DNA of 64,000 bases from Eubacteriales bacterium (GTDB taxonomy: Bacteria > Bacillota > Clostridia > Oscillospirales > CAG-272): positions 71,889-135,888 of the forward strand of contig JAZRDO010000023.1 in assembly GCA_045660325.1 (NCBI GenBank). Reading direction: 5' to 3'. The position numbers were made by a program, and so were the translations under genes. This document shows positions 55,033 through 64,000 of the stretch, piece after piece. Position 1 is the stretch's first letter. Every line of letters begins with the position of its first letter. The notes beneath the pieces were generated by a model. That model saw nothing but the letters and a program-made list of their open reading frames with translations, was not told where the DNA came from and did no database searches.

Positions 55033-58000
55033 ATGTTAGAGCTTTGTGGCATAAAGAAATCTTATGTTGTCGGCGACTCTACCGTTGAAGCGCTCAAGGG
55101 TGTCGACATTGAGTTCCGAAAAAACGAATTCGTATCCATTTTAGGTCCTTCAGGTTGCGGTAAGACCACACTTTTAAACCTTATCGGCGGTCTTGACAGA
55201 TACACCGAGGGCGATCTTATTATTCGTGGAAAATCCACTAAAACCTTCAAGGATGCCGACTGGGACACGTACAGAAATCACTCAATCGGCTTTGTATTCC
55301 AAAGCTACAACCTTATTCCCCACCAGACAGTTCTCTCAAACGTTGAGCTTGCACTCACACTCTCGGGTGTTTCCAAGGCGGAGCGCCGTAAAAGAGCAAC
55401 AGAAGCTTTAGAGCAGGTGGGTCTCGGCGACCAGCTTAATAAGCGCCCCTCGCAGATGTCGGGCGGTCAGATGCAGAGAGTTGCGATCGCGAGAGCTCTT
55501 GTAAACAACCCCGATATTTTACTTGCGGACGAGCCTACGGGCGCGCTCGACACAACAACGAGCGTGCAAATTATGGAAATCTTAAAGGAGATCTCGAAGG
55601 ATAAGCTCATTATTATGGTAACCCATAACCCCGAGCTTGCCGAGACCTACTCCACGAGAATAATAAAGGTGCTTGACGGTCTTGTAATTGACGACTCGGA
55701 TCCGTACGTAAGCGAAAAGACGAGCAAGACTGAGACCGCTCCCGAAAAGAAGCTCACGCGCAAGGAAAAGAAGGCGGAAAAGAAGAAGAACAAGAAGAGA
55801 TCCATGTCCTTCTGGACCGCGCTTTCTCTCTCGTTTAATAACCTTCGCACCAAAAAGGGCAGAACGGCCATGACGTCCTTTGCGGGCAGTATCGGTATTA
55901 TCGGTATCGCGCTTATCTTGGCGCTCTCTTCGGGCATCAATGCCTTTATCACTCAGGTTCAGGAAGATACACTCTCCACATATCCCTTGACGATCAAGAA
56001 AAATACGCAGGATATGTCTGCTATGCTCTCGGCAATGACCAGTGTTTCAAACGGAGAGGATTACCGCAATTCAGGTATGATCCACGTTGACGACTCGCTC
56101 GGCACTATGATGGGAGCTATGTCCTCAACAGTTGAAAACAACCTCGAGGCATTCAAGAAATACGTTGACGAGCACTACGACGAGCTTGCAGATTACGTAA
56201 GCGATATTCAGTACATTTACGATTACGATCTTCAGGTATATACCGCAGACGGAAAAGTAAAGGTTGGTATGGAAACCGTATTTTCTCATATGGGCGATGC
56301 GTTCTCGGGAATGACTGAGCTTATGGAAATGAGCGGCGGTATGAATATGGGCCTTGACGTCTTCAGCGAAATGATCGACAATCAGGAGCTTCTCAACCAA
56401 CAATACGATGTTGTAGCGGGCGATTGGCCGAAGGAATACAACGAGGTCGTTCTCGTTGTAAACACCAACAACCAGATAAGCAAGATGACTCTTTATATGC
56501 TCGGTATGCTTGATCCCAATAATATCGACAAGGAAATGGAAGACCTTATGAATGGCAACTACAAGCCCGAGGCCCTTCCCCCCTACACCTACCGTGATAT
56601 TCTCGACCTTCGCTTTAAGCTTCTCACGACCGCTGATTTCTTCTCAAAGAGCGGCTCCTACTATACAGTAGACGGCAAGCAGTATCCTATCTGGAACGAC
56701 CAGAGAGAATCCCCCGTCTTTGATGATGCGAAATTCATTATTGATAACGGCGTTGAGATCAAGATCGCAGGTATCGTTCGACCCAAGGAGGGCGCAACGG
56801 CGGCGAGCATTCAGGGTGCTGTCGGCTATACAAAGAAGCTTACCGAATATATCCTCGAGAAAAATTCCAACAGCGTGGTTATAAATCAGCAGAAGGAAAC
56901 TCCTACTGTAAACGTACTTACGGGCTTCACGTTCGAAAGAACTAAGTACACACGAGAGAACATCAACGAGCTTATCGAAAAGATCGATTCCTCCACGATG
57001 GAAGCCTTCTATACATTTATGACCAACTATATAAAGAATCAGGAGGAGCAGAATGCCGCGGAAGGCAAGCCCCTGCTTCTCAACGTAACGAGAGCTAATA
57101 TAAACACAATGTTTATGCTCCTCAGTGAAGAACAGCAGGCAGATATCTTATCCAGAATTATCGCGTCTGCACAAGCAAATAACCCCACAGGAACGGAGCA
57201 AACCTTCGCAACACTCTCCGCTCTTACGGGTAACATTCAGGTTACTCCCGACAATATCATTACCCTTCTCCCCGTTCTCAACAAAATGGAGACAATGCCG
57301 CTTATCACAGCGCTCGGTATTCCGGGTATCGTTAATCTTGCAAGCCCCGAGGTAGTGGAAAAGGTTGTAGCGGATATGAATACCAAGCATCCTGAATTTG
57401 CACAGACTCCTCTTGGCGCGGTTACAAAAGATAATCTCTCTATGATGATTATGCGCCTCGCCGATAAGGCGGAGCAAACCGCTATTTACAGTGAGCTTGT
57501 GGCGTCCGTAAATCCCAACAACAACACTATGCTTTCCGTCCTCTGCGCTATTATCTCATCCCAGGCAGGACAGGAGATCACAAAGGATAATATAGCAGAA
57601 AAGCTTCCCACCTTTACAGGCCAGATGATGATGGTTCCTGTAATCGCTATGAGCGGTATGCCCGGCCTTGTAGACTATGCAGATGCGGATACAATGACCG
57701 AGATATATACCGATATGAATAAGCTTATTATTAACCTCAGAGTTGACAAGAATATTTTCACTCTGCTTGTAAACGCGATGTCGGATGAAATGTTTGAAAC
57801 TATGGAAGCAACCCTTTACGGTATGGCTCCCCAGATCGACGCGACGTACGAAAGCGTACTCAAGACCCTTGACGATGCCGAAAAGGCATCTCCCGCGCAA
57901 ATCAATTTCTACGCAAAGGACTTTGATGCCAAGGATAAGATAGAAAGCTTTATCGCTGATTACAATTCCGCCGCTGAAAAGGACGGCAGAGACAAGGACG

Positions 58001-58467
58001 TGATTCAATACTCGGATATCGTGGGCGACCTTATGTCCTCGGTTACAATTATCATCAATGCAATATCCTACGTTCTTATCGCGTTCGTTTCTATTTCCCT
58101 TGTGGTTTCCTCGATTATGATCGGTATTATCACAAACATCTCGGTTCTCGAGAGAACAAAGGAAATAGGTATTCTCCGCGCTATCGGTGCATCCAAGCGA
58201 GATATCTCCCGCGTATTCAACGCCGAAACAATGATCATCGGCTTCGCCGCAGGCTTCCTCGGTATTCTTATTACCGTTATTCTCTGCTGGCCGATCTCCG
58301 CTATCATTCAGGCGATTTCGGGTATCGCGACGATCAGAGCATTCGTTCCCCCGCTTGCGGGTGGCTTGCTCGTGCTTGTCAGCATTATTCTCACACTTAT
58401 CGCAGGCCTTATCCCCGCGCGCACCGCGGCAAAGAAGGACCCTGTTATAGCACTCAGAACAGAATAA
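55033..58467 (+). CDS. fused MacB/FtsX-type ABC transporter (ATPase + permease) with a ~700 aa extracytoplasmic insert
   Basis: 1144 aa. The N-terminal NBD has GPSGCGKTT, MSGGQMQRVAIARAL and ILLADEPTGALD. A Lys-rich linker leads to TM1 (AGSIGIIGIALILALSSG), then a long soluble region. The C-terminal FtsX domain has 3 TM (ERTKEIGILRAIGASKRDI). Confidence 0.85.
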   Translation: MLELCGIKKSYVVGDSTVEALKGVDIEFRKNEFVSILGPSGCGKTTLLNLIGGLDRYTEGDLIIRGKSTKTFKDADWDTYRNHSIGFVFQSYNLIPHQTVLSNVELALTLSGVSKAERRKRATEALEQVGLGDQLNKRPSQMSGGQMQRVAIARALVNNPDILLADEPTGALDTTTSVQIMEILKEISKDKLIIMVTHNPELAETYSTRIIKVLDGLVIDDSDPYVSEKTSKTETAPEKKLTRKEKKAEKKKNKKRSMSFWTALSLSFNNLRTKKGRTAMTSFAGSIGIIGIALILALSSGINAFITQVQEDTLSTYPLTIKKNTQDMSAMLSAMTSVSNGEDYRNSGMIHVDDSLGTMMGAMSSTVENNLEAFKKYVDEHYDELADYVSDIQYIYDYDLQVYTADGKVKVGMETVFSHMGDAFSGMTELMEMSGGMNMGLDVFSEMIDNQELLNQQYDVVAGDWPKEYNEVVLVVNTNNQISKMTLYMLGMLDPNNIDKEMEDLMNGNYKPEALPPYTYRDILDLRFKLLTTADFFSKSGSYYTVDGKQYPIWNDQRESPVFDDAKFIIDNGVEIKIAGIVRPKEGATAASIQGAVGYTKKLTEYILEKNSNSVVINQQKETPTVNVLTGFTFERTKYTRENINELIEKIDSSTMEAFYTFMTNYIKNQEEQNAAEGKPLLLNVTRANINTMFMLLSEEQQADILSRIIASAQANNPTGTEQTFATLSALTGNIQVTPDNIITLLPVLNKMETMPLITALGIPGIVNLASPEVVEKVVADMNTKHPEFAQTPLGAVTKDNLSMMIMRLADKAEQTAIYSELVASVNPNNNTMLSVLCAIISSQAGQEITKDNIAEKLPTFTGQMMMVPVIAMSGMPGLVDYADADTMTEIYTDMNKLIINLRVDKNIFTLLVNAMSDEMFETMEATLYGMAPQIDATYESVLKTLDDAEKASPAQINFYAKDFDAKDKIESFIADYNSAAEKDGRDKDVIQYSDIVGDLMSSVTIIINAISYVLIAFVSISLVVSSIMIGIITNISVLERTKEIGILRAIGASKRDISRVFNAETMIIGFAAGFLGILITVILCWPISAIIQAISGIATIRAFVPPLAGGLLVLVSIILTLIAGLIPARTAAKKDPVIALRTE

Positions 58468-58479
58468 ATTTATTAAATT

Positions 58480-58505
58480 AAGCCGTCGGCAATTGCCGAC
58501 GGCTT
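58480..58505 (+). terminator. hairpin terminator after the MacB-type gene
   Basis: AAGCCGTCGGCAATTGCCGACGGCTT is a perfect 26 nt palindrome. The downstream T-tract is weak (AATTTA). Confidence 0.55.
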
Positions 58506-58576
58506 AATTTACAATCATAACAGCCCAAAAATCCGCATATATTTCTATAATCAAAAACTTACTTTTAGGATATATT

Positions 58577-60127
58577 ATGCCATCAAGAACACGGGTTTTC
58601 TTTTTAAACGGCATCGCTCTTACCTTAACCTCGTTGATCATACGGGGAGTCAGCGTTGCCTTCAATATTTACGTTTCAAGCGTCGCGGGAACCGAGGCTA
58701 TGGGCTTATTTTCCCTCATTACAAGCGTTTACGGCTTCTTTATTACGATTGCCTGCTCGTCAATAAGCCTAGGCACTACGCGGCTTATTTCCGAGGCTCT
58801 GGGCGAAAATGACCCCACTCTTGTAAATAAAAGCATCAAGGTATGCATACGCCACGCGTTGATCACGGGACTTTTCGCCTCACTTGTGCTATTTGCGTTT
58901 TCGGGCTTTATCGGAAAAAATCTTTTATACGACGAACGATGCACGATTTCACTCAGGGCTATATCCTTTTCCCTGCTCCCCATCTCCTTAACGTCCTGCT
59001 TCTCGGGATATTTTACTGCGGTGCGACGGGTCAAGATCAATGCTTTTTTTCAAATAGTATCGCAAGGAATAAAAATATTCGCAACCGCCGCGCTGCTGTC
59101 AAAGCTACTGAAATTCGGCGCGGAATACGCCTGTCTATGTCTTGTTTTAGGCTCGGTAATATCTGAAATGATTTCCCTCGCGGTCAATATAGTTCTCTAC
59201 TGTATTGATCGAGCGAAGCATATAAAAAAGCAAGAATACGGCTCGGATAAGAACAAATCAAGCATCGTCGGGAAAATATGCAAGATCACATTCCCCGTTA
59301 CCTTCAGCGCGTGCATACGCTCGCTTTTCAATACGATTCAACACATTCTCATCCCGCGCGGTCTTAAAATGTCGGGCAGCTCGTGGGCAACCGCGCTCTC
59401 TTCATACGGTATCCTTCACAGCATGGTCCTACCGCTTATTCTCTTCCCCTCAGCATTCATTTACTCCTTCGCAGGTCTACTTATACCCGAAATAGCCGAA
59501 TGCCGCGTAAGGGGAAATACAAGCCGCCTTACACGCGTAACACGGCGCATTATAGCCCTTGCCATGATATTTGCCACAGGGGTAGCCGGAGTAATGTTCA
59601 TTCTTGCGGATGAGATCGCGGCGGTCATATATAAAAATCCCGACACTGCATATTTTATCCGCCTGCTCGCTCCCCTCATTCCCGTAATGTATATAGACGG
59701 AGCGACCGATGCGATCCTCAAGGGTATGGGTAAACAGATATACTCCATGAACGTAAACATTGCGGACGCGGGACTCTCCTGTATTTTAGTTTACTTTTTA
59801 GTTCCACGGCTTGGGATCTACGGATACGTTATCTCAATTTACGCGACCGAGATCCTCAATACCACGCTCAGTCTTATAGGCATGTTTCTATCAACAAAAA
59901 CGAGGCCGCGCGTGTTCCATCAGTTTGTCTCACCTCTTCTTTGTATCATTCCCACGGGAATTATTTCCTGCCTTATTCTCGCAAATATAAACCACCCGTT
60001 CCATAGCATAACCGAGCTTTGTCTACATGTTTCCCTTATAATAATTATTTATGGAGTAACTCTTCTTTTAACTCGTACCATAGGCAAGGAAGAAAGCGAG
60101 GTCATTCATTACTCACTAAAAAAATAA
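58577..60127 (+). CDS. spoVB: MOP-superfamily flippase, SpoVB-like (stage V sporulation protein B / polysaccharide biosynthesis protein)
   Basis: 516 aa with about 14 TM helices. The N-terminus FLNGIALTLTSLIIRGVSVAFNIYVSSVAGTEAMGLFSLITSVYGF resembles SpoVB/MurJ-type proteins. Confidence 0.6.
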   Translation: MPSRTRVFFLNGIALTLTSLIIRGVSVAFNIYVSSVAGTEAMGLFSLITSVYGFFITIACSSISLGTTRLISEALGENDPTLVNKSIKVCIRHALITGLFASLVLFAFSGFIGKNLLYDERCTISLRAISFSLLPISLTSCFSGYFTAVRRVKINAFFQIVSQGIKIFATAALLSKLLKFGAEYACLCLVLGSVISEMISLAVNIVLYCIDRAKHIKKQEYGSDKNKSSIVGKICKITFPVTFSACIRSLFNTIQHILIPRGLKMSGSSWATALSSYGILHSMVLPLILFPSAFIYSFAGLLIPEIAECRVRGNTSRLTRVTRRIIALAMIFATGVAGVMFILADEIAAVIYKNPDTAYFIRLLAPLIPVMYIDGATDAILKGMGKQIYSMNVNIADAGLSCILVYFLVPRLGIYGYVISIYATEILNTTLSLIGMFLSTKTRPRVFHQFVSPLLCIIPTGIISCLILANINHPFHSITELCLHVSLIIIIYGVTLLLTRTIGKEESEVIHYSLKK

Positions 60128-60152
60128 GAGCTATTGCGATTGCAATAGCTCT
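60128..60152. terminator. bidirectional terminator between the spoVB-like gene and the convergent surface-protein genes
   Basis: AGAGCTATTGC-GAT-TGCAATAGCTCT flanked by AAAAAAATA and TTTTTATTT. Confidence 0.8.
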
Positions 60153-60162
60153 TTTTATTTAA

Positions 60163-61227
60163 TTAGTGCTTTCTCTTCTTGAAGATGGGAGCGCATACAA
60201 GGGAAATTGCAATAATTGCAATCGCGCCTGTACCGATCGCACTACCACATCCGCTTGCCTTCTTGCCGCAAACGGAGCACTTCTCGCCCTTGTCAAGCTG
60301 GCTGTGATGAGAAGGAACAACCTTCTGCTCCTCTACCCAAGTCTGACACGCGGAGCACTGCTTACCGTTCGTTTTGCCGTCTTCCGTGCAAGTTGCGTCA
60401 TAGCCCTTAACTTCAACCGCGTTATGGGCGATCATAGGAATTTCAACTCTCTCGTAAAGAACCTTAGAGCAAACGGAACAGGTTGTAGCACCGAGATAAC
60501 CGGGCTCTGTACAGCTTGTCTGCTTGTCAGCCTCTCTTACGGGAGTGTGTCCCGCAGGAGCATCGCCCTTCTTATCGAGCTTTGCGGAGCAAGTCTCGCA
60601 AGCGAAATGACGGATACCGTCAGCCTCGCAAGTAGGAGCAGTTGTGCCTGTTAAAGCATAGTCGTGAGCTGCAAATGTATTTTCGCCAAGGTGCGCGTTC
60701 ATAGCCTGAACCTGAGACTTGCTGATATAGTTTCCGGGGATAATAGAGCCCTGAACCTTATAAGTTGCAAAAGCCTCGGTAACTGTAAACTTAACCTCGG
60801 AGCAAACGTCGGGATTAACCTTGAATCTGATTGTAGCAGTACCTGTTTCCGTTGTAATAGCGCTTGTAGCGTCCATACGGTTGAACGTAATAACACCGTC
60901 GGACTGCTTGCTTACGTTAAGACCGGACATAAGTCTGTTATCAACGATAACGTTGCCGGCATTATCAAGCACGGGGGTTACAACGTCGGGATTGTATGCG
61001 ATATTGATCTGAAAAGAAGAAATACCGGGGTTTGAATTGATCGAAACAGTCAACTCGATCTCATTATCAGCTGAAAGGCACAATTCGCCATCTTTAGAAA
61101 TAGCAGTGGAAGAAGAAACTCCCACTGCTACTTCAAACTGACCTTCGTCGGCAGAAACCGTAATTGCTGCCGCCAGTGAGATTAAGAGAACCGCAACGAC
61201 ACTAATAAGTAATCGTCTGAGTTTCAC
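60163..61227 (-). CDS. membrane-anchored surface protein: signal peptide, cohesin-like domain, 3-4 His/Cys modules, C-terminal TM anchor
   Basis: 354 aa with a GTG start after GAGGTGA. The signal peptide is MKLRRLLISVVAVLLISLAAAITVSA. The cohesin-like region reads IELTVSINSNPGISSFQINIAYNPDVVTPV...GTATIRFKV. Modules include HDY..APTCEADGIRHFACETC and H...TSCTEPGYLGATTCSVC. The C-terminus GAIAIIAISLVCAPIF-KKRKH acts as the anchor. Confidence 0.65.
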   Translation of the reverse strand: MKLRRLLISVVAVLLISLAAAITVSADEGQFEVAVGVSSSTAISKDGELCLSADNEIELTVSINSNPGISSFQINIAYNPDVVTPVLDNAGNVIVDNRLMSGLNVSKQSDGVITFNRMDATSAITTETGTATIRFKVNPDVCSEVKFTVTEAFATYKVQGSIIPGNYISKSQVQAMNAHLGENTFAAHDYALTGTTAPTCEADGIRHFACETCSAKLDKKGDAPAGHTPVREADKQTSCTEPGYLGATTCSVCSKVLYERVEIPMIAHNAVEVKGYDATCTEDGKTNGKQCSACQTWVEEQKVVPSHHSQLDKGEKCSVCGKKASGCGSAIGTGAIAIIAISLVCAPIFKKRKH

Positions 61228-61249
61228 TTGATCACCTCGTCATATTTAA

Positions 61250-64000
61250 TTATCTGGAAGCGATTGTTTCGTAAAGGTCGCTAGTAAATACGTCCTTAAC
61301 GTTAACCAATTCCTTAAGAATTTCGTAGTCAACAACTGTGATGCTGCCGTCCTTATCAAGGTCGAGAGCAACGTCGTATGTTGCATCAAGTCTACCGTTG
61401 ATCATCTGCTTGATAGCGAGAAGCTCTACACCGTTGATAACGCCGTCAACGAGGTATTCACCAAGAACAACGGACTCAACTGTTGTAGCAACGGACTGGA
61501 AGTTAGCGAACATTGTGATGTCAACGAAGTCGTTTTCATCAGCAAGCCATACTGTGTTATTAGCACCGAAGCTGAAGCTTGCTTCACCAACGTTTGTTTC
61601 GGGAAGGATCTGGAAGTATACTGTTGCAAGAACAACACCTTCAGCATCCTCGCCAACTGTATTTACAGAAGCGAAGTCAACGTCTGCCTCAGGATCAACA
61701 CCTGCGGAAACCTTAACTGTGCCGTTTTCAGCAACTACGGACTCAACTACGAGGTTTTCAACTTCTGTCTTCATATCAGAACCGAAGTATACAACGTTGG
61801 AGTTGAATGTGAAGCTGAGGTCGAGCTGGCTGAACTGGAAGTCTTCGTTACCGAATACGAGGATATCAACTGCGATCCAAGAACCGTTAGCTGTTTCCTT
61901 TCTGTCGGACTTTTCGAAGCCTACGATCTCGTTGCCCTCGTATACGGGGTATGCAACGTTGTAGTCGAGCTCGAATTCAATACCGCCTGCGAGAGGAACG
62001 AGAACTGTGATTGTCTCGTCGCAGTGAGGACACTTGTATGTGTCTACACCGTACTCAGTGGGTGTGGGAAGCTTAGAGTCAACCTTGTTGCCCATGATAG
62101 CAGCCTTGTGCTCTTCTTCTGTCCACTTATCTCTTACGTATGTGATCTGCTGTTCGTTACAGTCAACGCAAGCAACGATGCTGTACTCACCGGACTGGCA
62201 AGTAGCCTGTGTGCTTGTAGCAGAGCTTACTCTATGGCTAACTGCGATTGTAGCGTTACATGTTGTGCAGAAGCGATCTGCGCCTTCAGCAACGTTCTTG
62301 CAGCTGTCGCCGTCGAAGAAGTGCTCGCCTGCAGCGTTTGTATGACCTACGGATTCAATTACCTGACCTGCTGTGAATGTATCAGCGGAGAGACACTGAA
62401 CGCAAATCTTACCTGCTTCGTTACCGTTAGCGGAGCATGTTACTGCAACTGCTCTGCCGTCTGTGAAGTTACCTACGCCGTACTTGTTAACCATTGCGTT
62501 ATATACGTCGTCTGTAAATGTTTCAACCTTATGTCCAAGAGGAGCTATATACTGAACGAGTTTGAAGTGATCGTTACATGCTGTGCAGATTTCGTATACG
62601 AATCCTGCTTCAAGACATGTAGCAGCGTATGTTCTATTAACCTTTGTTCCAGCGTGATTTGTCGCGGGAATTTCTACAGCAGCCTTGAGAGCCTCGATCT
62701 CAGCCTTTGTAGCGTGGCAAGGACAATATGTGTACTCGCCGTAGCCTGCTTCTGTACATGTGGGAGCTACTGCAGGAACAGTTGTTGTTACACAAGGTGT
62801 GCAAGCAATGAATTCCCATGTACCGTCGGGTGTATGACCGTATGTGCAGTCTTCACAGTATTCGTGGTATGTCCAACCGAGCTCACCAAGACCTTCGCAA
62901 GAAGGAACCTTAGCGCTTGCTGTGAGGTTGTGAATTGCCTCGAGAGCTGTACCAACTGCCTTATCAGCATATTCGCTGTTGAGAACTTCTTCGTGATCGC
63001 AGATTTCGCAGATGTAACCACCTACAACGCCTGCCTGACACTTGTTGGATACGTGTTCAACGTATGTCCACTTGCCTGCTACGGAAACGTTCTTGTCATC
63101 ACCGTGAGCAGAAACGTAAACGAGCTCGCCGTTTACAACTTCAAGAGTACCGTGACCCTTTGTGGAGTCATAAGTAACCTTTTCTGTGAATGCTGTTGTA
63201 TCACAGTTTTCACACTTCTTAATGTATTCGCCTTCAGCTACAGAGCAGCTTGCTGTGATTACAGCGCCGGAGAAGCCAACAAACTTGTGAGCCTCAGCCT
63301 TTGTAGCGTCGATAGCAACGTCGGAGCCAGCAACCTTAGCCTTGTAGCCGCAGCCTTCAGCTGTACATTCAAGGTTAGTGTAACCAGCGGACTGACATGT
63401 CATGCCGTAAACAACCTCAACGAGTGTGTGGTTGATCTTAGGAAGAACTTCCTCTTCAACGTGACCGCAGTTATTTGTACATGTCCACTTCTTTACGCCT
63501 GTTGCGAAGCAAGTAGCGGGAGTGTGAACGTCGGGAGTTTCAGCATAAGCGTGACCTGTAGCAGGTGCAGCCTCTGTATATGTTGTGCCACAACCAAACT
63601 TACATGTGAATGTCTTCACACCTGCGTTTGTACATGTAGCAGTTGTGCTTGTTTCTTCGTAGTCATGAGCAACTGTAGGAATAACTACAACTCTCATTTC
63701 AACGCCACAGTCAACACAGCTGTAAACTGTCTTACCTGTTGCCTGGCAAGTAGCCTCAGTTGTAACACCTTCGTTTTCTGTGTGACCCTTTGCAGGAATC
63801 TCAACGTCAGCGTCGATCTGTGTGCCACAGTTGTTCTCGCAGAAGTACTTACCAACACCTGCTGTTGTGCAAGTGGGCTCAGTTGCTACTGTGTACTCAG
63901 CGGGCTTCTTGTGACCAAGAGCTGCAACAGCCTTTGTACCGAGCTGTACGCCACAAGTCTTACATGTGAGAGTTTCAACACCCTCTGCTGTACATGTGGG
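61250..64000 (-). CDS. large secreted His/Cys-module repeat protein with a cohesin-like domain and C-terminal dockerin-like domain (5' end beyond the window)
   Basis: The frame stays open upstream of the track Met at 63697. My translation of 63698-63781 gives ...TENEGVTTEATCQATGKTVYSCVDCGVE-MRVV. There are at least 12 modules of the form H-x8-14-C-x9-13-C-x1-4-C. A cohesin-like region follows (WIAVDILVFGNEDFQFSQLDLSFTFNSNVV...VLATVYFQILPE). The tail LDLDKDGSITVVDYEILKELV is an EF-hand-like dockerin segment. Confidence 0.65.
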   Translation of the reverse strand, partial: PTCTAEGVETLTCKTCGVQLGTKAVAALGHKKPAEYTVATEPTCTTAGVGKYFCENNCGTQIDADVEIPAKGHTENEGVTTEATCQATGKTVYSCVDCGVEMRVVVIPTVAHDYEETSTTATCTNAGVKTFTCKFGCGTTYTEAAPATGHAYAETPDVHTPATCFATGVKKWTCTNNCGHVEEEVLPKINHTLVEVVYGMTCQSAGYTNLECTAEGCGYKAKVAGSDVAIDATKAEAHKFVGFSGAVITASCSVAEGEYIKKCENCDTTAFTEKVTYDSTKGHGTLEVVNGELVYVSAHGDDKNVSVAGKWTYVEHVSNKCQAGVVGGYICEICDHEEVLNSEYADKAVGTALEAIHNLTASAKVPSCEGLGELGWTYHEYCEDCTYGHTPDGTWEFIACTPCVTTTVPAVAPTCTEAGYGEYTYCPCHATKAEIEALKAAVEIPATNHAGTKVNRTYAATCLEAGFVYEICTACNDHFKLVQYIAPLGHKVETFTDDVYNAMVNKYGVGNFTDGRAVAVTCSANGNEAGKICVQCLSADTFTAGQVIESVGHTNAAGEHFFDGDSCKNVAEGADRFCTTCNATIAVSHRVSSATSTQATCQSGEYSIVACVDCNEQQITYVRDKWTEEEHKAAIMGNKVDSKLPTPTEYGVDTYKCPHCDETITVLVPLAGGIEFELDYNVAYPVYEGNEIVGFEKSDRKETANGSWIAVDILVFGNEDFQFSQLDLSFTFNSNVVYFGSDMKTEVENLVVESVVAENGTVKVSAGVDPEADVDFASVNTVGEDAEGVVLATVYFQILPETNVGEASFSFGANNTVWLADENDFVDITMFANFQSVATTVESVVLGEYLVDGVINGVELLAIKQMINGRLDATYDVALDLDKDGSITVVDYEILKELVNVKDVFTSDLYETIASR

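Overview
This 64 kb window looks like chromosomal DNA from a Gram-positive anaerobe of the Clostridia. A Ruminococcaceae/Oscillospiraceae-like origin is my guess, based on spoVB-like and ylmC/ymxH genes, cohesin/dockerin-like surface proteins, ECF transporter-truA synteny and Firmicutes-type LexA and sigma-A sites. Most of it is densely packed housekeeping genes, mainly on the minus strand. These include tRNA-Ser, two paralogous heterodimeric ABC exporter pairs, maf-mreB-PBP2, gdhA, a purE-F-M-N-D-L operon, dinB, tsf-rpsB, ecfA1-ecfA2-ecfT-truA and ruvC/ruvAB. I found no rRNA, CRISPR array, transposase, integrase or recognisable defence system. The regions I consider worth a second look are: (1) at the right edge (60.1-64 kb), two adjacent secreted proteins built from tandem His/Cys-rich modules plus cohesin-like and dockerin-like domains, a candidate self-contained surface-assembly pair; (2) a ~0.9 kb islet of ~30% GC (10.2-11.1 kb) with a degenerate RHS-core-like stub and a multi-pass membrane protein, like an orphan polymorphic-toxin/immunity remnant; (3) a short leader ORF with two tandem intrinsic terminators upstream of one ABC exporter pair, resembling bmrB-bmrCD attenuation; (4) a P-type-ATPase homologue with every catalytic motif degenerate; (5) a clpE gene interrupted by one in-frame TAA; (6) a PurF with Gly in place of the nucleophilic Cys, and a pur-operon leader carrying a terminator but no riboswitch I can recognise; (7) several long non-coding intergenic tracts (0.77-0.99, 11.9-12.4, 50.1-50.3 and 51.0-51.3 kb) full of short GC hairpins, GTAGG-hairpin units and direct repeats. 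All calls come from reading the translations and sequence by eye. No database search or folding computation was possible.
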